Below, piece by piece: positions 8,230 through 16,129 of a stretch of DNA of 16,129 nt. This DNA comes from Octopus sinensis (Eukaryota). The notes under the pieces are model-generated. The model was not told the DNA's origin, searched no databases, and worked only from the letters and a program-made list of their open reading frames with translations. The translations under genes were made by a program, and so were the position numbers. Within the stretch, counting starts at the first letter, position 1. Each line of letters starts with the position of its first letter. Location of the stretch: contig NW_021825308.1 of the NCBI RefSeq assembly GCF_006345805.1, positions 1 through 16,129 of the forward strand, given 5' to 3'.

Positions 8230-11200
8230 ATGAGGACGGGGCTAGAAAAGGTTGCCCTAAACATAGCCTGCCTCACCTCACCCTGGTCAGCAAACCGCGG
8301 CTGGCGGGGATCCTTTCCAAGCGGTCGAAACAAAGAAAGAAGAAAACAAACAAAGGTGCTCACTTTCGCAACTTGGAACGTGAGAACTCTGCTTGACAAC
8401 ACCAAAGCGGACAGACCAGAGAGACGAACTGCCCTGGTGGCCAGAGAACTGAGCCGATACAGTGTCGATATTGCAGCACTGAGCGAGACCCGCCTTGCGG
8501 ACAAAGGCCAGCTGACAGAGACAGGCGGCGGCTACACTTTCTTTTGGAGTGGTCGCAGCAGCGAAGAGCGTCGTGAGGCTGGTGTTGGTTTTGCCATTAA
8601 GTCAGTACACGTGCGGAAACTGGAAAGCCCCCCGAGGGTATCAACGATCGGCTGATGAAGATGCAGCTCCCACTTGGAAACAAGACTAGTGCGACCATCA
8701 TCAGTGCTTACGCCCCCACCATGACCAACCCTGAAGAAGTTAAGGACAGGTTCTATGAGGAACTCGACTCCCTCATCACGTCAGCCCAGCCTGGGAAGCT
8801 CATCCTCCTTGGGGATTTTAACGCCCGTGTCGGGACTGACCACCAAGCCTGGCATCGCGTACTGGGAAAGCAAGGAATCGGAAAGTGCAACAGCAACGGA
8901 CAGCTCCTCCTGCGTGCGTGTGCCTCTCATGATCTTACCATCGCCAACACCTTGTTCCGTCTGCCAACACGCAACAAGACATCATGGATGCATCCACGCT
9001 CCAAACACTGGCATCTGATAGATTACGTCATCGTCAGGGCGAAAGACAGGCGGGACGTGAGACTGGTCAAAGCCATGTGCGGAGCTGACTGCTGGACGGA
9101 CCATCGCCTCATCATCTCCAGGATGGATTTCTACATCCGACCTAAGAGAAGACCACAGGGTCAGAAAGTGACGAGGAAGCTTAACATCACGAAATTAAGA
9201 ACCAGCTGACTGCACAAGATCTCCAGTCACGTATGGACAGTAAGCTGTTGGACATTCGGAGTGACCAGTCCAGCATCGATGAGCAGTGGGAATCATTCAG
9301 GGACACGGTTCATTCCATCGCCCTTGAAACTCTGGGCCAAATTACGAGGAACCACCAGGACTGGTTCGACGAAAACGACCAGGAAATCCAAAAGCTCCTG
9401 GAAGAGAAACGCCGTCTGCTGCGGGCTCACCAAAATGACACCACCTGCACGGCAAAGAAGGCCGCTTTCAACAACATTCGCAGCACAGTCCAGGCTAAAC
9501 TCCGCCTCATGCAAGACGCATGGTTAAGCGCCAAGGCGGATGAGATTCAGGGATACGCAGACAAACACGACACCAAGAAATTCTACGAGGCGCTGAAAGC
9601 TGTCTATGGACCGCAGTTCTCCTTTGGATCAACCCCCCTGCTCAGCTCAGATGGAACCTCACTCCTGACTAACAAGAGGCTGATCCTGGAGAGATGGGCG
9701 GAGCACTTCAACATCGTGCTCAACCGACCAGCCCAGATCAACGAGGAAGCCATCGCACGACTCCCCCAGGTGCCGACAAACCACGAGTTGGCTGTTCCCC
9801 CTGCAGTCGGGGAAGTGAGCAGAGCCATCAAAAAAATGTCCACCGGCAAAGCTCCAGGCTCTGACGCCATCCCTGCAGAGGTGTTCAAGTCGGGAGGCCC
9901 CACCATGATCAGTCAGCTCACCAGCCTGTTCCAGTCGATGTGGGACAGGGAACAACTCCCTCAAGATTTCCGGGATGCAACAATCGTCCACATTTATAAG
10001 CGGAAAGGAGATCGGCAGTCCTGCGACAACCACCGAGGTATTTCCCTCTTGTCCATAGCAGGCAAGATCCTGGCCCGGGTCCTGCTTGACCGCCTTCTGG
10101 AACACTTGGAGCAAGGCCTTCTCCCTGAGAGCCAGTGTGGCTTCCGTGCGGGTCGAGGGACCACTGACATGATATTCGCCGCCCGCCAGCTCCAGGAGAA
10201 ATGCATGGAGCAGCACCTTGACCTCTGCATGACCTTTGTTGACCTCACCAAGGCCTTTGATACAGTCAGTCGGGAGGGACTATGGAAGGTCATGGGAAAA
10301 TTTGGTTGCCCCAGCAAATTTATTGCAATTGTCCGCCAGTTCCACGACGGAATGACAGCCAGAGTCCTTGAAGACGGCAACTCATCTGAAGCCTTCCAGG
10401 TGACCAACGGAGTCAGGCAGGGCTGTGTCCTGGCCCCAACACTGTTCAGCATCATGTTCTCGGCAATGATGTCCGACGCCTTTAGGGACTGCAAGTCCGG
10501 TATCAACATCAAGTACAGGACAGACGGGAAACTTTTCAACTCCAGGAGATTGCAGGCTGTCACAAAGGTGAGGGAGACAGTCGTCAGAGACTTTCTCTTT
10601 GCTGACGACTGCGCCCTTAATGCAATCGATGAGCAGGAGATGCAGCTCGAGATGGACAGGTTCTCATCAGCCTGTGACAACTTCGGTCTCACCATCAGTG
10701 CAAAGAAAACCGAAGTGATGTTTCAGCCAGCCCCCGGCAAACAATACCATGAGCCTCAGATAAGGTGAACGGACGGATCTACGAGTGGTGGAAAACTTCA
10801 CCTACCTGGGCAGCACTCTCTCCTGCAATGCCAACATAGATGCTGAAACCATCAACAGAATCTCCAAGAAGCAAGCAGCGCGTTTGGGAGACTGCGAAAG
10901 AAAGTCTGGGAGCGGAGAGGAATCAGCCTCAACACCAAGCTGAAAGTCTACCGGGCAGTCGTGCTTACCACTCTACTATACGGCTGCGAGACGTGGACTG
11001 CTTACCGAAGGCACGAGCGCCAGATAAACCACTTCCATCTCAGGTGTCTTCGGAATCTCCTTCACATCCGCTGGCAGGACAAAGTCCCAGACACGGAAGT
11101 TCTGAAGCAGGCAGATCTCCCTAGCACCATCACAATCATGCGCAAGGCCCAGCTGAGATGGGCGGGCCACGTCTCCCGCATGTCCGACACTCGCATCCCA

Positions 11201-11557
11201 AAACAGCTCTTCTACGGTGAACTCGGCCAGGGCAGGCGCAAAGTCGGAGGGCAGAAAAAGCGCTACAAGGATAGTCTCAAGGTCTCTCTCAAAGACTTCT
11301 CCATCGGAACAGAGACCTGGGAGACACTTGCTGCCAACCGCTCATCCTGGCGCAGCGCAATCACCGTGGGAGCAGGGACAGCCGAGGAGGGACGGATTCG
11401 GTCAGCGGAGCAGAAACGTCAGATGCGTAAAGTCAGAGCCGCCTGCACCAGTAGCACTGCCCCTACCCACTTCTGCCCCACCTGTGGGAGGGGCTTCCTT
11501 GCCCGGATTGGCCTCACCAGCCACCTCCGGTCTCATGGCGGCAGTTCCATCAGATGA
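8230..11557 (+). pseudogene. RTE ORF: APE endonuclease + reverse transcriptase + C2H2 zinc finger, frameshifted as given
   Basis: EN motifs TWNVRTL, ALSETR, GDFNARVG, IDYV, TDH; RT motifs KAPGSD, QCGFR, FVDLTKAFD, GVRQGCVLAP, LFADD, FTYLGS; finger CPTC...HLRSH. Frameshifts near 8633, 9197, 10763, 10780 and 10870. Confidence 0.93.
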
Positions 11558-11595
11558 TGTCAGTTGGTCATCTTCGAACCGAAGGACGAACATTA

Positions 11596-11750
11596 TTACG
11601 TTCTTAGTTCAAATGCCGCCGAGCTGACTCTGGATTTTATCCTTTCGAGAACAATAAAATAAAGTGCCAGAGAAGTAGTGAAGTAAATGTGATCAACTTA
11701 CCCCTCCCCTCAAAAATTACTGCTCTTGTGCCAACATTTTCAACCATTAT
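11596..11750 (+). mobile_element. 3' half of the RTE-interrupted family A SINE
   Basis: agttcaaatgccgccgag...ttttatcctttcgag...ataaaataaagtgccag...cttgtgccaaca, colinear with intact copies. Confidence 0.85.
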
Positions 11751-11907
11751 TTCCGACACATTACGTTCTGAGTTCCGATCCAATCGAGGTCATTGTTGTC
11801 TTTCAGCTTTTCGGAGTCGATACGAAAAAATACCAGTGACGTACTGGAGTCGAATGCATCAACTTATCCCTACCCCACTAAAATTTACAGATCTTATATC
11901 TCAATTA

Positions 11908-11957
<50 letters not shown>
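11751..11957 (+). mobile_element. Headless diverged family A SINE ending in an (AAT)n tract
   Basis: ttacgttctgagttcc...gaggtc...tttcggagtcgata...taccagtgacgtactggagtcga; (AAT)n at ~11909-11958. Confidence 0.75.
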
Positions 11958-11959
<2 letters not shown>

Positions 11960-12110
11960 CTCGAAAAATACCTAGGAATGAGAACCCAGGTTCGAAATTT
12001 CCCCAAGACACCTGATGATGGCTGGAGGGTATATCAGCCGAAACATTGTGTTAACAACAAACAAGACGAGGATAAATATCCGTCAAATGTAAATAATGTA
12101 AATAATGTAT
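11958..12110 (+). mobile_element. Penelope-like terminal-repeat fragment
   Basis: Follows the (AAT)n tract, contains a canonical hammerhead core, and ends in aatgtaaat repeats. Confidence 0.6.
12007..12052 (+). ncRNA. Minimal type I hammerhead ribozyme motif
   Basis: GACAC-CTGATGA-T-GGCTG-gagggtatat-CAGCC-GAAA-CAT-T-GTGTT. Confidence 0.7.
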
Positions 12111-12124
12111 ATCTTTTCTGTTTA

Positions 12125-12280
12125 AAAGTAGTGAGCTGGAAGAATCGTCCGAGCGTCGGAACAGACACCTCGCGTCATTCGTTCCGGTTCTATACTTTCC
12201 TCGGCCAAATTTTCTTTCATCTCTCCAATGAAATTAACGATCAGTCTAAAAATTACTGCCCTTGTGGCTCAACCGTTATT
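12125..12280 (+). mobile_element. Very degenerate family A SINE
   Basis: Head gtgagctggaagaatcgt, central tctttcatc, tail aaaattactgcccttgtg. Confidence 0.5.
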
Positions 12281-12602
12281 TAACTACTTGTCTGTCCTGT
12301 GTATGACATGTAATGCGCATGACATATTTCCCTGGCGTTCATGCATCATATATAGAGTACATACCCAATGTTTTCAACTAGCAGGGTAACTTGGGACTTA
12401 TCAAAGGAAAGCTTTATATTGCTCAGAATGTATAAATCAAGGACTGGTAAAAGTTTTGAAAACAAACATGGACGTTTACGAGAAACTTATGAGAACACCT
12501 TGAACAAGCAAAGGGTTAATTTGAGAAAAAAGAATTTATTTTCTCCAAGATTATCTTAATTTGCTTCGAGGTTATTTTGGTATGTATTAGACAAAGTATA
12601 AG

Positions 12603-12853
12603 AGGAAGCACTGCTTCGGTTACGACGACGAGGGTTCCGGTTGATCCGTATCAACGGAACAGCCTGCTCGTGAAATTAACGTGTAAGTGGCTGAGCACTC
12701 CACAGACACGTGTACCCTTAACGTAGTTCTCGGGGATATTCAGCATGACACAGAGAGTGACAAGGCCGGCCCTTTGAAATACAGGTACAACAGAAACAGG
12801 AAGTAAGAGTGAGAGAAAGTTGTGGTGAAAGAGTACAGCAGGGATCACCACCA
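12603..12853 (-). mobile_element. 5'-truncated SINE, family C (tail type 1)
   Basis: 12792-12853 aligns with 14445-14507 of the complete tRNA-headed element; the remainder is a different tail. Confidence 0.7.
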
Positions 12854-12947
12854 TTTAAAATCATTAGCGTGTCTCACAGTCCTTTCTCGACCAAAAGTAA
12901 TCACAAGACAATGATTAATTCTACTTATTTGGGTGTTATTTTTAATA

Positions 12948-13550
12948 TTGGGTTGTCGAGAAAGTTCGTGCCGATTTGTAGCAGCTTACCTTTCGACTTA
13001 TTGTAGAACATGGTTGAGTCCATAAAATAGGATTTGACAACACCTCCATTTAGAGCACAGTTTAAGCTATCTTTCCGTGGAAGAAGGTTTTTGATGCTTT
13101 GGGAACCAGACAAAAATTGCTGCATAGTCTTAATGGTAAAAAGGTTTATGTACCTATAACCTGTGTTAATTCTGTAACCCTTTAAAATGGAAGATAAGAA
13201 AGTTCATTTTCGGCACTTGATGTTTTGGGAACTAGACAAAAATTGCTGCAGCTCGGCTCCATATTCACCAGATATTGCTCCTTCGGATTTCCACTTATTC
13301 AGGTCTCTGCAGAATAGTCTTAATGGTAAAAATTTCAATTCCTTGGATGACGTAAAAAGATACCTTGATGAATTCTTTGCCATGAAACCACCTCAACTCT
13401 GGGAAGAGAGCATTTTCAAGTTAAAGCAAAGATGGAGACGCATTGTGCAACAAAATGGTTCATATTTCTTTGATTAAAAATGTAACGGCAAGTATTTATT
13501 GATCCTTTTCTTTCCTTTATAAATCGGCACGAACTTTCCGGACAACCCAA
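12948..13550 (+). mobile_element. Internally deleted mariner (Tc1/mariner) element, 603 bp
   Basis: 30-bp TIRs at 12948-12977 and 13521-13550 (28/30 identical); TA TSD at 12946-12947 and 13551-13552; transposase remnants inside. Confidence 0.95.
13187..13477 (+). pseudogene. Deleted mariner transposase (N-terminal 15 aa fused to C-terminus)
   Basis: MEDKKVHFRHLMFWE start; PYSPDIAPSDFHLFRSLQN motif containing the third catalytic Asp; RWRRIVQQNGSYF end. Confidence 0.9.
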
Positions 13551-14166
13551 TAGTATTTTTGAATTTACTAGCACCTATTTGAGTGATTTGTCATGCAGAG
13601 GGCGTATCTGAGTATTATTACTCAGACCAAGACATCCGGGCATTATAGTATCCCGTAAACAAACGCCTTCCTCTTTGATCAAACCCTCAACAAATTTTTC
13701 ATGTTTCATTTGAAAACGAAAAGTGATGGCGGTTGGTGAAATTCTGCCTCTCAGCAAATTTGTTGAAAGTTGGAAAGAGATGTTGAACTTTACTCAGTCT
13801 GTGCCGCAAGGCACACAGTGACAGCCTGTCACAATGTGTCATGTTGTATCACATTGTGTCATACTGTACCTCCACATTAACAATTCCTACATGTTGGAGT
13901 GAGTAGTAATAGACATAAGCTTCAGGTGGCGGAAATGTGGTACACCTTGAACCTTAAGTTGCACCTAGTTGTACGGCCGACTTAAGTGCATGTTCACTCA
14001 GAGCAGACATTGAACTATAAAACAGCATCAGCCCAACCCACCTATGCACTAATTAGTCACACAGTGCTCCCGCTAATTACAGCGTCCATATGAGCATCTC
14101 TACTATTCATGTTTGTAGCTGAGCTGTCTGATCTTAAGATAGTTAAGTTATTACTGTTTGTGCAGA

Positions 14167-14275
14167 TGTTGTTGTTGCTGTTGTTGTTGTTGTAGGTGGT
14201 GGTGGTGATTCTGCTGCTGCTAGGGCTGCAGATGTTGCTGTTGTTGTTGTTGTTGTTGTTGTTGCTGTTGCTGTT
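14167..14275. repeat. (GTT)n/(GCT)n trinucleotide tract
   Basis: Directly visible; the distal part likely serves as the (CAA)n tail of the adjacent minus-strand SINE. Confidence 0.9.
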
Positions 14276-14641
14276 GAGCGAAGCGGTCTTCGTCCCATTA
14301 GTGGGAGAAGTCCGAAACGTGGTCCTTTGCTATTCGTAAGACCCGCAGAAGAGGAAACAGGTCAACCCCCGACACCGAGAGCATTCGATGGATGGATGAA
14401 TGCGCATCCAGGCTCAGCGGTTGCGTAGGAAGTCGGGGAGGACAAGAAACAGGAAGAAAGAATGAGAGAAAGTTGGGGGCGAAAGAGTACAACAGGGGTC
14501 ACCACCACCCCCTGCCGGAGCCTCGTGGAGCTTTAGGTGTTTTCACTCAAAAAACGCACACAACGCCCGGTCTGGGAATCGAAACCGCGATCCTCCGACC
14601 GCGAGTCCGCTGCCCAAACCATTGGGCCGTTGCGCCTCCAC
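14276..14641 (-). mobile_element. Full-length tRNA-derived SINE, family C (tail type 2)
   Basis: Minus-strand head gtggaggcgcaacggcccaatggtttgggcagcggac...gcggtttcgattcccagacc has A/B boxes; tail runs into (CAA)n. Confidence 0.8.
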
Positions 14642-14997
14642 TGTTGTTGATGCTGCTTTCTTGCAACGTTACAGTTGCCGATCTTGTTGTCGTTGTTGTT
14701 ATTGCGGTTGTGTTTGTTCTGGTCGTCCTGCTGTTGATTCTATTGTTCATGTTGTTGTTGCGTTTACTTGCAGATCGGCCGAGATCAATCAAAATCAATT
14801 AACAAAGACTCTCTAACCGTAACCATCCTGACATTTTCTCCCCGCTCACAATGCATGGAGGACACTGCATCTGAAAAGGTAGCCAGGCCACGAAGTCGCA
14901 TCGAGGTGCGCCACAGAACTTACAAAATTTAATGAAAGGCTTCAAATAAAACTACTTCAATGGCTGAAAGTCTTAAAATACGAGTAATTAATCATCT

Positions 14998-15136
14998 TAC
15001 ACACACACACACACATGCACACACACACACACACACAAACACTCACACACACAAACATTCACACACATATACATACATACACACGTGCATACAAGAATAC
15101 ATACGTATATGTATATATAAATATATATAAACATAT

Positions 15137-15169
<33 letters not shown>

Positions 15170-15364
15170 GATAGATAGACATTTATATACATGCATATAT
15201 TAATTTGAATATATATCCGTATATATACAAACATACACAGTTTTTTTCCTTTTGCATCCATCCACGCTCTTTCACATATGCACCCGCTCACTCTCATTCA
15301 CGCTGCTTTTCTATCTGTCTATCTATCTATCTGTCTGTCTATCTATCTACCAATCTATCTACCA

Positions 15365-15401
<37 letters not shown>

Positions 15402-15404
15402 CCA

Positions 15405-15435
<31 letters not shown>
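14998..15435. repeat. (CA)n, (TA)n and (CTAT)n microsatellites
   Basis: Directly visible. Confidence 0.9.
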
Positions 15436-15472
15436 CATCTAATATATATAGGCGTGTGTGTGAGTGTGTGTA

Positions 15473-15920
15473 TTCTTTTATTCGTCTACTTGTTTCAGTC
15501 ATTTCACTGCGGTCATGCTGGAGCACGACCTGTACTGAAACAAATCGACCCCAGAACTTATTTTTTGTAGGCCTAATATTTATTGTTTCGATCACTTTTC
15601 GCGGAACCGCTAAGTTCAGAGACGTAAACACAACAACATCGGTTGTCAATCGATGGCGAGGGGACAAATACAGACACACACATACATGAATATATACACA
15701 TATATGTGTGTGCGTGTGCGTGTGCGCGCACGCGCGTATGTGTTTGTGTATACACGACGGGTTTCTTTTCAGTTTCCGTCAACCAAATCCACTCACAAGG
15801 CATTGGTCGGCCCGGGGCTATAGCAGAAGACACTTGCGCAAGATGCCACGCAGTGGGATTGAACCCGGAACCATGTAGTTGGGAAGCAACCCTTTTACCA
15901 TACAGTCACGTCTGCACCTA
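15473..15920 (-). mobile_element. tRNA-derived SINE, family B, with internal microsatellite
   Basis: Colinear with 1001-1472, e.g. tttcagtcatt, aaatcgacccca, cgacggg, ccaaatccact, ggtcggccc, gccacgca. Confidence 0.85.
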
Positions 15921-16085
15921 TATATATGTGTGTGCGTGTGCGTGTGTGTATGTGTGTGTAATTAATGCAGGCATACAAACATACATATATCCGTGTGTGT
16001 GTGTGTGTGTGCGTGTGTGTGAGAGAGTAATACATGTATGTATGCATATATAGCGTGCTATAATGATAACATTGCAAATACTATC

Positions 16086-16086
<1 letters not shown>

Positions 16087-16129
<43 letters not shown>
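16087..16129. repeat. (TAG)n microsatellite running off the window
   Basis: Directly visible. Confidence 0.95.

Larger units (their letters stand above)
7625..11595 (+). mobile_element. Apparently full-length RTE-clade non-LTR retrotransposon
   Basis: 13-bp TSD ttacgttcttagt at 7612-7624 and 11596-11608; ~600-bp 5' UTR, single EN-RT ORF, very short 3' UTR with hairpin cttcg-aac-cgaag. Confidence 0.95.

Noticed and set aside
9293-10695. Antisense and alternate-frame ORFs up to 233 aa within the RTE
   Set aside because: Expected shadows of a GC-rich coding strand; no recognisable motifs.
14560-14641. tRNA gene
   Set aside because: The tRNA-like segment continues into a SINE body and tail and the cloverleaf is imperfect; it is a SINE head.
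14392-14802. 136-aa ORF with hydrophobic C-terminus
   Set aside because: Antisense SINE sequence plus a (GTT)n-like tract produce the apparent transmembrane stretch.

Overview
AT-rich, microsatellite-dense eukaryotic non-coding DNA made almost entirely of transposable elements. The repeat families resemble octopus/cephalopod repeats, but this is recognition from memory, not a search. The main element is a GC-rich, apparently full-length ~3.97 kb RTE-clade LINE (7625-11595). It has APE endonuclease, RT and a C-terminal C2H2 finger, a 13-bp TSD, sits inside a tRNA-derived SINE, and is broken only by five net -1 frameshifts. Also present are many tRNA-derived SINEs from at least three families (several nested), a 603-bp internally deleted mariner, a TTAA-type MITE and an old RTE-like 3' fragment. 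Several short Penelope-like pieces carry minimal type I hammerhead-like motifs, one with a swapped G3-C8 core pair, and the RTE 5' end has an HDV-like fold. No host gene can be called with confidence, and most listed ORFs are microsatellite or antisense artefacts.
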